Shown piece after piece: positions 38,593 through 49,400 of a DNA stretch of 64,000 nucleotides. The translations under genes and the position numbers were made by a program. Numbering within the stretch: position 1 is the first letter of the stretch; every line of letters begins with the position of its first letter. Source of the DNA: Clostridia bacterium (GTDB lineage Bacteria > Bacillota > Clostridia > UMGS1883); contig JBJDXJ010000049.1 in assembly GCA_051866635.1 (NCBI GenBank), positions 31,163-95,162 of the forward strand, written 5' to 3'. The notes under the pieces were generated by a model. It saw only the letters and a program-made list of their open reading frames with translations, had not been told where the DNA came from and made no database searches.

Positions 38593-39403
38593 AGTAATAG
38601 CGATTGCAAATCAAAAAGGCGGTGTCGGTAAAACAACCACTACTGCCAATTTGGGTATAGGACTCGTCAATGAAGGGAAAAAGGTGTTGCTAATAGATTG
38701 TGATGCACAGGGCAGCTTAACAGAAAGCTTAGGCTTTATAAACCCTGATGAACTTCCCACAACTCTTTCAACCTTAATGGCTATGTCTTTAAATGACCAA
38801 GAGATACCAAAAGGCGAAGGCATATTACATCACAACGAGGGTGTTGACTTAGTTCCGGCAAACATTGAGCTTTCGGGTATGGAAACCGCACTTGTTAATG
38901 CTATGAGCAGAGAACGAGTGCTAAAAGGGTACATTGATTCAGTTAAAAATAATTATGATTATGTCTTAATTGATTGTACCCCCTCGCTCGGTATGCTGAC
39001 TATCAATTCACTTGTAGCCGCTGATGAGGTTATTATTCCGGTACAAGCTCAGTATCTTCCGGCAAAAGGTTTGGAACAATTACTTACAACTGTCAGCAAA
39101 GTAAAAAGACAAATTAACCCCAACTTAAAAATTGGCGGAATACTTTTAACAATGGTCGATAACCGTACAAATCTTTCAAAAGATGTTTCAAGAGTTATCA
39201 GATTGAATTACGGAAATAATTTAAGAGTTTATAAGACAGAAATACCCTACTCTGTAAAAGCTGCTGAAATTTCTGCTGTCGGTAAGAGTCTTTATACCTA
39301 CAACAAAAATGGTAAAGCGGCAGATGCGTATAAGGAGTTTTCTAAGGAGGTGCTTGATAATGGCAAACAACGGAATAAACATAGGTCTGAAATCATACGA
39401 TGA
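38585..39403 (+). CDS. parA: ParA family ATPase
   Basis: NQKGGVGKTTT, LIDCDAQG, IDCTPSLG. Confidence 0.94.
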   Translation: MSKVIAIANQKGGVGKTTTTANLGIGLVNEGKKVLLIDCDAQGSLTESLGFINPDELPTTLSTLMAMSLNDQEIPKGEGILHHNEGVDLVPANIELSGMETALVNAMSRERVLKGYIDSVKNNYDYVLIDCTPSLGMLTINSLVAADEVIIPVQAQYLPAKGLEQLLTTVSKVKRQINPNLKIGGILLTMVDNRTNLSKDVSRVIRLNYGNNLRVYKTEIPYSVKAAEISAVGKSLYTYNKNGKAADAYKEFSKEVLDNGKQRNKHRSEIIR

Positions 39404-40283
39404 CCTTTTTAAGACGGATGAAGGCAGAAAAACCGAAGAAATCATACCGATGCAATTATCGGAGTTGAAGCCGTTTTCAGAGCAACCCTTTAAGGTTCTT
39501 GAAGATGAAAGTATGACAGAGCTTGTTGAAAGCATTAAACAAAGCGGAGTTTTATCACCCATAGTTGCAAGACCTCACCCCGAAGGTGGTTATGAAATAC
39601 TTTCGGGACACAGACGGGCAAAGGCTTGTGAAATAGCCGGAATTACAGAAATTCCGGTTGTGGTTAAAGACCTTGACGATGATACAGCAATTATACTGCT
39701 TGTTGACAGTAACTTGCAGAGAGAACATATCTTACCGAGTGAGAAAGCAAAGGCTTATCAAATGAAACTTGAAGCTATGAATAGACAAGGAAAACGGACT
39801 GATTTAACTTCTGACCAAATTGGACAGAAGTTAGATGGTCTTACTTCACGAGATGAACTTGCAAAGCAAATAGGCGAAAGTCCTATTCAGATTCAGCGTT
39901 ATATTAGACTTACAAATCTTGTTGATAAACTTCTTGATATGGTTGACAACAAAGATATTGCTATGAATGCTGCGGTTGAGTTGTCTTATCTTAGTGCTAA
40001 AGCACAATGCGAGGTGTTAGAAGCAATAGAAATTGAGGATACTGCCCCATCCATAGAGCAATCCAAAAAAATCCGCAAATTCTTTGATGAAGGCAGATTG
40101 AATCCTGATGTTATTCTTTCTATTATGCAGGAGCAAAAAGAAGAAAAAATCAAAATTACACTTACTGATGACAAGCTGAAAAAATATTTTCCCAAAAGCT
40201 ATTCAAAGCAGAAAATGGAAGATACTATAATAAAACTGCTTGAAGATTGGCAAAGGAAAAGACAAAGAGAAATGGAGAGATAA
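39360..40283 (+). CDS. parB: ParB family partition protein
   Basis: GVLSPIVAR, YEILSGHRR, DSNLQRE..LPSEKAKAY. Confidence 0.93.
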   Translation: MANNGINIGLKSYDDLFKTDEGRKTEEIIPMQLSELKPFSEQPFKVLEDESMTELVESIKQSGVLSPIVARPHPEGGYEILSGHRRAKACEIAGITEIPVVVKDLDDDTAIILLVDSNLQREHILPSEKAKAYQMKLEAMNRQGKRTDLTSDQIGQKLDGLTSRDELAKQIGESPIQIQRYIRLTNLVDKLLDMVDNKDIAMNAAVELSYLSAKAQCEVLEAIEIEDTAPSIEQSKKIRKFFDEGRLNPDVILSIMQEQKEEKIKITLTDDKLKKYFPKSYSKQKMEDTIIKLLEDWQRKRQREMER

Positions 40284-40285
40284 AT

Positions 40286-40420
40286 ATGACTTGGTTATGG
40301 ATTATATTAGCTTTTATTGCCGGAACAATTTTCGGTATTGGAACAATATGCTGCTGTATAGTAGCAGGTCAGGAGGATAGAAAACTTGAAAAACTTAATA
40401 CAGACAATACCGACTGCTAA
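40286..40420 (+). CDS. Small membrane protein (DUF3789-like), 44 aa
   Basis: MTWLWIILAFIAGTIFGIGTICCCIVAGQEDR...; GGAG RBS; absent from the ORF track. Confidence 0.6.
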   Translation: MTWLWIILAFIAGTIFGIGTICCCIVAGQEDRKLEKLNTDNTDC

Positions 40421-40458
40421 CAAAAAGTATGTCGGCTTTTTTTATGGAGGTAAATGCA

Positions 40459-40716
40459 ATGGATTGGAGAAAAAACGCAGGTTACATTATAACAAATTCA
40501 ATCACAATCGGTGATTCGGAAATCGTACTCGGCGTACACGAAACAAGACCTAACGCTTTTGTGACTTGGGAGTGTACCGACAAGGATAATTACTTTTGGG
40601 GACATTATTTTTCTGATTTAATTTCAGCACAAAAAGATTTTTGTGAGCGAGGTGTGAGAAAAACTGAGTTCTATGAACATAGCAAAAAGAAAAAAGCACC
40701 TGAGCCTGAGAGGTGA
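40459..40716 (+). CDS. Hypothetical protein
   Basis: GGAGG RBS; FVTWEC...YFWGHYF; C-terminal PEPER. Confidence 0.75.
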   Translation: MDWRKNAGYIITNSITIGDSEIVLGVHETRPNAFVTWECTDKDNYFWGHYFSDLISAQKDFCERGVRKTEFYEHSKKKKAPEPER

Positions 40717-40720
40717 TTTT

Positions 40721-40927
40721 ATGGCGAACAGCAGAAGTCCTAATGAAAAGTATAATGAAAGCGGATATGCTGATGGTACTGCCTATTTAGCATTACAGAA
40801 TGTTAAAAGAGAGGAACGCAAGAAAATTATTTCCGAACTGAAAGCAGTTGCAAATAAATATGGATACAGAATCGTCAGTACAATCGAGTTGAAAGAAATC
40901 GAAGGTGATTTAGATGCCGAAATCTGA
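40721..40927 (+). CDS. Hypothetical protein
   Basis: GAGGTG RBS; NESGYADGTAY motif. Confidence 0.65.
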   Translation: MANSRSPNEKYNESGYADGTAYLALQNVKREERKKIISELKAVANKYGYRIVSTIELKEIEGDLDAEI

Positions 40928-41120
40928 TTGCCATTTTTACAGAGGCAGTAATTTTTGTGCTGCCTTAACCGAAATGTTATGTAATTGTGGCAAGTGCAGT
41001 TTTTATAAAACAGAAAAAGAACATCAAGAGTGTCTTAAAAAATATCCTCCTATCAATTACAAGGAGTTATATGAGATAAGGCATAAAAACAATAGAAAGC
41101 GAGGTGCAGATAATGAGTGA
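40914..41120 (+). CDS. Small Cys-rich hypothetical protein
   Basis: DCHFY..C.AL...C.CGKCSFYKT; overlaps both neighbours. Confidence 0.65.
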   Translation: MPKSDCHFYRGSNFCAALTEMLCNCGKCSFYKTEKEHQECLKKYPPINYKELYEIRHKNNRKRGADNE

Positions 41121-42015
41121 TGAAAAAGAAATCAGAAAAGCCGGCGATTATACAATCATACAATCAATGCAAATTGGTGAAAAAGAATTTGTGCTTGGAG
41201 AGAATATGCAAGCAAAAGACGGAAAATATTATCTTGTTGCAAATTATGAGTTTAATGAAATATTTGAAAGATATACGGATGTTCATTATTCTGTCGATTA
41301 TGTTGAGGTAGCTGACATATTCGCACAAAGAATTTCAGCCGAAATAGAAAAATTAAAAGTCGGCAGATGTGATTTGTGTATGAATATTTTAACGAAAGAT
41401 GATTGCATACCTATTGGCAACGAAAGCTTTATCGGTAAAATTATTGTATTAAAACCGGATAAATTAGCTCCCGAATATAGAAATGAACATTATCAGATTA
41501 TGAGGTGTACGGGTGGTAACGGTGCAAAAGCTGATGGACTTGGAACTTCGGTATTTTGTAAGGAAATGTTTACGGGCGAAGAAATGAAATACAGACGAGC
41601 TTCCGTCATTGGGATATTAAAAGAAGATTGCTATCCCGCTTGGCTTACTGATATTTTAGAGTGCGAAAAGGCTATGAAAAACCCTAATACATTTCAATAT
41701 GGCGAATATCACTTTTTACCTGTTGGCAATATTCCTAAAAACGAACCTATTTACAAAACATCACAATTTTTACATAGTGATAAAGATATGAGAATGTGGA
41801 CGGAAACTTATGAGGGTGTTCACGGCAAAGCCAATAAGATTTATTCGTATAGTGATTTTTATAAGGCTTCAGGCGATTCAAAGTGTGATGTTTTCAAATG
41901 CCTTGAAAATAGAAACCTATATTTGCCCGGCGAACACGAATTGTTTAAATACACGGGTAAATACAAAGAAGTCGGCAAGGAAAAGAAAAAGTCACGCAAG
42001 GAGGTCGAGAGATAA
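41113..42015 (+). CDS. Hypothetical protein
   Basis: Long ORF in the operon; CTGGNGA motif; C-terminal KEVER. Confidence 0.8.
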   Translation: MSDEKEIRKAGDYTIIQSMQIGEKEFVLGENMQAKDGKYYLVANYEFNEIFERYTDVHYSVDYVEVADIFAQRISAEIEKLKVGRCDLCMNILTKDDCIPIGNESFIGKIIVLKPDKLAPEYRNEHYQIMRCTGGNGAKADGLGTSVFCKEMFTGEEMKYRRASVIGILKEDCYPAWLTDILECEKAMKNPNTFQYGEYHFLPVGNIPKNEPIYKTSQFLHSDKDMRMWTETYEGVHGKANKIYSYSDFYKASGDSKCDVFKCLENRNLYLPGEHELFKYTGKYKEVGKEKKKSRKEVER

Positions 42016-43058
42016 TGGAAAATAAAGAAATAAGATTTATTGACAGTCATTACAATGAGCTTTTTCGCATCAAGGACAACGAAAGTATAACTGTCACATT
42101 TTCAGACGGCTCTATGTCAGACCGGCAATGCACATACATTGATGATTATCATACTAAAATAGGTTACAATGTATTTCACATCTGTGAATTTGCAGAACTT
42201 ATGGAGCGTGGCGGTAGTGTATATCGCCCGAAAGACACACCGAAGTATGAACTTGAAAAAATAGAACAATCAGAATTTGAATATATGTTTGCTTCGGACA
42301 AGAATGATACATTAAATCGTGGGTGTGTTTGCTATATCCGATGTTACTTTGATAATTCTATTAACGAGCGTTTACAGACAACATCAATGGTTGAAAATAA
42401 AGAGATTTATAATAAATATCATACTACTGATTTCAGCCGTGAATGTGATAATGTAATAAACTATTTCCGATTTCAAGCAGATAATCCGATACTTAAAAGC
42501 CGGATAGCGATGCATAATGCATCGTATGACTTAAATGCCGAAAAGTTTGCAAGCGACAAGGATATTTGCGGATACAAGGTAACAACAGAGAAAAATGTAT
42601 ATTACATACGTTGCGATCCAAGGAAAAACACATATAACGCATATATCTACTGCTACGATAAGCAACTGCTTCAGACCTACAAAGACTTAAAATTTGTTGA
42701 GCAGAACTATGACGATATTGACAGAGATAAGTTTTTTAAAACTGATAATGGCATAACCGAGGTTTATTATAACCCTGATGCAAATGCCGGAGGTCAACTT
42801 GTGTATTTGGATATTTCAAACACAGATATTAAAAATGCTTCAAAGGAATGTAAAACAAAGGACGATTTCTTTGCTTATATAGAAAGTGCCGCACGAGGAT
42901 ACTTGGTTGATGTTGGTACGCCTACTTTTATGGAAAATGCAAAGAGCTTCATAAACAGAAAAGCAGATTTTGAAGGCTGCACTGATAAAACAATGAAAGG
43001 CTTGAAAAAGCTTGCAGGAGTTGAAAAGACAAAACCGCCCAAAGATCCGGAGAGATAA
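42015..43058 (+). CDS. Hypothetical protein
   Basis: IRFIDSHYNELFRI...FHICEFAE motif; C-terminal KDPER. Confidence 0.8.
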   Translation: MENKEIRFIDSHYNELFRIKDNESITVTFSDGSMSDRQCTYIDDYHTKIGYNVFHICEFAELMERGGSVYRPKDTPKYELEKIEQSEFEYMFASDKNDTLNRGCVCYIRCYFDNSINERLQTTSMVENKEIYNKYHTTDFSRECDNVINYFRFQADNPILKSRIAMHNASYDLNAEKFASDKDICGYKVTTEKNVYYIRCDPRKNTYNAYIYCYDKQLLQTYKDLKFVEQNYDDIDRDKFFKTDNGITEVYYNPDANAGGQLVYLDISNTDIKNASKECKTKDDFFAYIESAARGYLVDVGTPTFMENAKSFINRKADFEGCTDKTMKGLKKLAGVEKTKPPKDPER

Positions 43059-43069
43059 TCGTACAAAAT

Positions 43070-43468
43070 ATGCTAAAAAGGTGCGTGATGAAAATGGTAA
43101 CAGCAAGTGTACGATTTCTTACGAACAATCTTGTAGCTGATTTGACTTGCAGAAACGCAGATTTGCAAACAAACCTACAAAATATTGGCGTACTTACTCC
43201 ACTAAGCCTGATAAGACTTGATAATGCAAGAACTCTGCAAATATACCTTTCCCCCAATGATGAGCTTGGCGAGCTTGTCTGTAACTTGGTGAACACTAAA
43301 AGTGATACATTAGGTAATGTTCAAAGGCTGTGCAGGCACATATACTGTATGAACGAGCAGAACAGAGAAAACTTTGTAAAAAGGATTGAAAACGGAAATA
43401 TAAAGTCTGTTACACAAGCTATAAAAGAAGCCGATAAAATTCGTGCTGAGAAAAATGCAAGCCGATAA
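43070..43468 (+). CDS. Hypothetical protein
   Basis: Fills the operon gap before the giant ORF; start codon uncertain. Confidence 0.6.
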   Translation: MLKRCVMKMVTASVRFLTNNLVADLTCRNADLQTNLQNIGVLTPLSLIRLDNARTLQIYLSPNDELGELVCNLVNTKSDTLGNVQRLCRHIYCMNEQNRENFVKRIENGNIKSVTQAIKEADKIRAEKNASR

Positions 43469-43492
43469 ATTGACTTATGGAGGTGATAAGAA

Positions 43493-46400
43493 ATGGCAAC
43501 GAAACTGCAAAGAATAACTCAGCTTTCCTATGACAGCACTAAAGAGTTATCTTCTCAAAGCAAATGGACGGACTTTTTAAGCTCTGCCGCTTGGCACTAC
43601 AAATATCCATTTGAGGATCAAGTTCTTATTTATGCTCAACGCCCGGATGCAACTGCCTGTGCAGACTTTGATACTTGGAGTACCAAGCTAAACCGCAGGA
43701 TAAATCGAGGTGCAAAAGGCATTGCCCTTCTGCGTGAGCAAGGAAATGAATACTTCCTTGACCACGTGTTTGATATATCGGATACCACACCACGCACAAG
43801 AAATGCAGTTATAAGGCTTTGGGAATATAATGACAAGTATGACGATGCAATCATTGAAACACTTGAAAATACCTTTGGAGAACTCAAGATTACAACCACA
43901 CTTACGGATGCAATAATCTGTGCTGCACATAATGCGGTTGAGGATAACAAGGCTGATTACTTATCTGAACTTAGATATACAAAGGGTGATAGCTTTTTAG
44001 CTGACTTGGACGAGCTTAATGTCGATGTAGAATTTCAGCAAACCGCTGAAGCTTCGGTCGCATATATGATAATGCAAAGAATGGGACTGCATCCGGAGGA
44101 GGTCTTTGATAATGAGGAATTTCGTCATATCATTGACTTTAATACTATTGAAACAATGTCTGTTCTCGGTAACGCTGTAAGCGAAATATCGGAACAAGCA
44201 CTCAGAGAAATATCCTCTACCATTGTTGCAGAAGCAAAAAAAGAACAACAGCAAGCAAAAATTTTTGCAGAAAATAAAAATGTGGAGTACAATAATGTCA
44301 AAGAAGAAACTCAACCACAAATTCATACGGAAAGGAATGATATAAATGACAGAGGTAACTTACAGGAGCGAGAACGGGATTCTGATACCGAACTTGGAAG
44401 CACCGAAGAACGGACTGCCGATAGGCAAATACGGAATGATGAGGAAGAAATTTCTCAAGCAGAACAGACGGAGCCTTTATTCAGCAATGATGATTCGAGG
44501 AACATTGATGAACCATCTTCACGAAATAGACCAAACAGCGAAAGCACAGGTCGAGGAAATGGTACAGAAGATGGCGAAATCGGAGGGCGTGACGGAGAAG
44601 CTGAAAGCAGAGAATCCGCAGAGGTGGACAGGCTTGATGAACAACCTCAAACATTCCGCAGAAGAAGTAGTCCTCAGACAGTTAGTTCTCAGCTAAGTCT
44701 GTTTGACCTTATTGAAGATGAAGATGTTGCCGTAAGTATGGCAAGAGAAGCAGAGCGATTGAACAATCTTCGCCCTGCTTTTTCTATTTCTCAGGAGATT
44801 ATAGATAAGGTATTAAGTGACGGAACAAACGAAAAAGAAAGTCTGCTTATGATAAGTGCAGAGTTTTCTAAAAACAAGCCGCTTGCGGACAAGGTTGAGT
44901 TTCTGAAAGACCACTACGGCATTGACGGAAAAGGCTTTATATTTGATGGAAGAAAAGTAACTGCTTGGTGGAATAAGGACGGAATGAAAATCAGCTATGG
45001 AAGCAGCATACGGGATAATTTTACACAAGAGCTTTCTTGGGAAGATGTTGCACGGCGAATTGACGAGCTTTTGGATATTGGCAGATTCGCCCCGTCTAAT
45101 ATTCTGCTTCAGATTGATGAATATATCTATACCAAAACTGCCGAAAACTTTTGGTATATGTATAGAGATTTAAATTATGACGATTATCCTGAACTTCGGG
45201 AACTGTTTACAGATAAAGCTTTTGAAAGAAAAGGCGGCTTCCCTGAAGATGTAAAGCGTCTGAAGGAATTTCTTAAAACCTCTGCCGGACTTGATATGAC
45301 CAAAACAGCGGTGCAAAAGATTTGTGATATGTGTGATGAGGGCAAAGATGTAACTCGGTTTTGGTATATCAATCCCCACGAAACAAACAAAATGCTTGAA
45401 GATTTATATATTGTCCGCAAGCAATACACATCACAATCACTTTCGTATGTACCACCTGCAAGGTTTATTACAGAGGACGAAATTGATAATATCTTTCGTG
45501 GCGGTACGGATATGCAAGACGGCAGATACAGAGTATATAACTACTTTGCGGAGCATCCCGACAAAGAAGAACGAATCGCATTTCTCAAAAAAGAATATGG
45601 TACGGGCGGTAGCTATAACGGGAAGCGAAACGAGGATTACGATGGAAAAGGTATTCATTTCAGCAGAGGTCAGCTTGGAAATCCTGTTGCTGAAGTTCAT
45701 ATCAAGTGGAACGAAGCTGAAAAGCGTATTGATAAACTCATAAAACAAGGCAGATATTTAACCCAAAAAGATATTATAAACATTCCTGATTATGAACGAC
45801 ACGAAGTGGCTTCTTCTATTTATTATGCTTTTCAAAATCGTATTCAGGACGGTCAATACAGACCATATCCGAGTGATATGAATTATTATGGCGATGCTAT
45901 GAAATTGATTGCGGAAAAAATAAAATCGCCTGCACAGATGGAGGAAATCTTTGAGGAACTTAATATCCTTTTAAGTGAAACTCTACCTGATGACAGAGAT
46001 TACAAGTGGCGAATCGAAGCAAGAGATACCCTTGAAAAATATATGGAGGGTAATTTTAACCTGTTCCCCGGTATCGACAGACCTGCGCCCAATTCTGTAA
46101 AAGACCTCAAAGAAGCTATGCGGGTTATCAATGAATATTCTAAAGAGGAATTTGAAGGCGATGAAGCTGACTTTTCTGATTTAACTTCCGTTTCTCTTGC
46201 ATTTACGGAAACTGAAGATGGAAAGCATTTTATTGATGTTGAGGCAGACCTAATCAATCATAAAATCATACGAAGCATTGATAATCAGTTAGTTGAAGAA
46301 CTTAAATATGGCTCTTTATCGGAACTTACGGAAAAAGAGCTTTACGGAATGAGCTTTGATGATTTAGTTTACTTTACCGATGAACAGCTTGCACCATTCT

Positions 46401-49400
46401 ATAAATCGCCTGATACTCTTATGGAAAATCCTGAACCCGAACACGAAGCCTTTGCAGACTTCCTTGCCCGTATTCACGAAGAAGATGACGGAAAGACAGT
46501 TGCACTTCTGCCATTAGGAGATTTCTATGAAAGCTACGGAGCAGATGCAGAAGCCATTGCAGAAGCTCTTAATTTTCAGACAACACATAAAACCGTTGAA
46601 GGTGTTGAGTATGCTCTTTGTGGCTTTCCTAAACACAGACTTGAAGAAAATGTTGAAGTATTAACCGAAAAAGGCTTTGATGTTATTTTGGTTGATGATG
46701 ATGGAAATCCACACAAGGTAATTTCAAGAGAAAAAGCATTGAATGATACTTCTGAAGCTACCACTCCTCTTTGGGATGAAGAAACTGCAATTCGTGTTGC
46801 ACAGGAAGAATGGGAAAAAGCAACAAGAGCACCTGTTCATAAACCTACATACGAACAACGCAACTACAATTTTATGCGAGAGTTTGCCCCTGATGTTCTT
46901 CAGGGTAATGTAAGATACGCTTTGTATGAATCTCAAGGCTTTATGCCTATTCATATTAACAGACTATCAGAAGATACCTTTTCTATTTCTCATACCTATA
47001 AGCAAAACGGCGATTTGATGTATGATCCTGAAATGGTATTTGAGATTGACGAAGAAAACGGAGCCTTAAAACCTCTTGAATACCGTCAGGACAATATGGG
47101 AATATATCAGGTTGTCGGCGAAAATGTGAATGACCGTGATTTATCGTCTTTTGCAGTTCAATGGTTCAAAAACATTCGTAGTCAGGGATTCCATTTAGCT
47201 ATGGAAAGACTTGAATATGCAGATGCAGACATTGAGGTTTCGTATAATGAAAAAGGCGAAATCATAAATGTTGAAGGAGAAGAAAATGCCGTTGCTTTGT
47301 ATATTGAGGAAAACGGAGTTGAGTTACCGGTTGACGAAACGGCAGAACTTGTTGGAAAAGAAATTACGATTGATGACCGCAAGTTCATTGTGGATAGTGT
47401 CAGCAAAGATTTTAATTCAGTAAGCCTTAAAGACATTACTTTCCAAGACAATGTTGGTTTTCCAATCTTTCGCAGAGAAAGTGTTGACTTTGTAAAAGCG
47501 GCACTCAAGCAGCAAAACGAAACCAAAAAGATTGTACCTGAATTTGAAAAGGTTAAGCCTGCAAAAATTGCAAACACGGTTGTCTATCCCGAAATACCAA
47601 TGGCACAGAGGACTAACTTTGTCATTGATAATGATGAATTAGGTTTTGGCGGTGCAAAAGAAAAGTTCAGAAAGAATATGGAAGCTATAAGGGTTTTGAA
47701 GGAGTGTGAGTTTGACCACAGGCTTGCAACTCCCGAAGAACAAAAAATACTTTCTGAATATGTTGGTTGGGGCGGTCTTTCTGATGCCTTTGATGAAACA
47801 AAATCTAATTGGGCAGATGAATTTCAAGAGTTATATACTGCACTCTCTCCCGAAGAATATGAACAAGCGAGAGCTTCAACCCTTACATCTCATTACACAT
47901 CTCCTGTAATAATCAAGTCTATGTATAAAGCACTTGAAAACATGGGATTTAGTCAGGGTAATATTTTGGAGCCTTCGTGCGGTATCGGTAACTTTATGGG
48001 ACTTGTTCCAGAAAGTATGAAAGACAGTAAGATATACGGCATTGAAATTGACAGTATAACGGGCAGAATTGCACAACAACTTTATCAAAGAAATTCAGTA
48101 GCTATTCAGGGGTATGAAGATACAACACTCCCAGATAGTTTTTTTGATGTAGCAATCGGTAATGTGCCTTTCGGAGATTACAAGCTTTCGGATAAGAAAT
48201 ATAACAAGCACAATTTCCTGATACACGATTACTTCTTTGCGAAAACTCTTGATAAGGTTCGCCCCGGCGGTATTGTTGCTTTCATTACATCAAGCGGAAC
48301 TATGGATAAACGCAATTCAAAGGTCAGACAATATATAGCACAAAGAGCCGACCTTGTTGGTGCAATCAGACTTCCTAACAATGCTTTTCTTAAAAATGCC
48401 GGAACTGAGGTAACTGCTGATATTTTATTCCTGCAAAAGAGAGATCGAATGACAGATTTAATGCCCGGTTGGGTGCATCTTGGCACTTTGGAGAATGGCA
48501 TAACTGTCAATCAGTATTTTGCGGATAACCCCGATATGATACTTGGCGAGATGGAAATGGTGAGTGGACCTTTCGGACCTACTCCTACCTGCACTCCCAT
48601 TGAAGGCGCTGACCTTTCGCAGCAGTTAAACGATGCTATTCAAAACATACACGCTACCATTACCGAATATGAGATTGATGATGTTTCAAATGATGAGGAA
48701 CTGACTATCCCTGCTGATCCAAACGTGCGAAATTTCAGCTTTACATTGGTTGACGGTGATGTGTACTTTCGTGAAAACAGTTTTATGCGAAAGGTTGAGC
48801 TTAACGCAACCGCACAGAACCGTATAAAAGGTATGATTGGTATTCGTGATTGTGTTCGTGAACTGATAGAATATCAAACCGAAGGCTATTCAGATTATGC
48901 CATAAAGCAGCAACAAGATAAGTTGAATAAGCTCTATGATGATTTCACACAGAAATACGGGCTTATCAATTCTCGTGGTAATTCAATGGCTTTTTCGGAT
49001 GATAGTTCGTACTTCCTCTTATGTTCTCTTGAAGTACTTGACGAAAACGGAGAGCTTGAAAGAAAAGCCGATATGTTCACGAAGCGAACAATCGGTGCTA
49101 AACCCGAAATAACAAAGGTTGATACATCTTCCGAAGCATTGGCGGTTTCTCTTGGAGAAAAAGCAAAGATTGATATGGATTTTATGTCAGAGCTTACGGG
49201 CAAAACCGAAGATGAGCTTTATGAGGACTTGAAGGGTGTTATATTCCTAAATCCCCATTATAACGAAGATGATGAACCTGCGTATCTAACGGCAGACGAA
49301 TATCTTTCGGGCAATGTCAGAGAAAAACTTTCTGTTGTAAAAAGCATTGCCGCAAACAATAGTGATTACAAAATAAATGTTGAAGCATTGGAAAAGGTGC

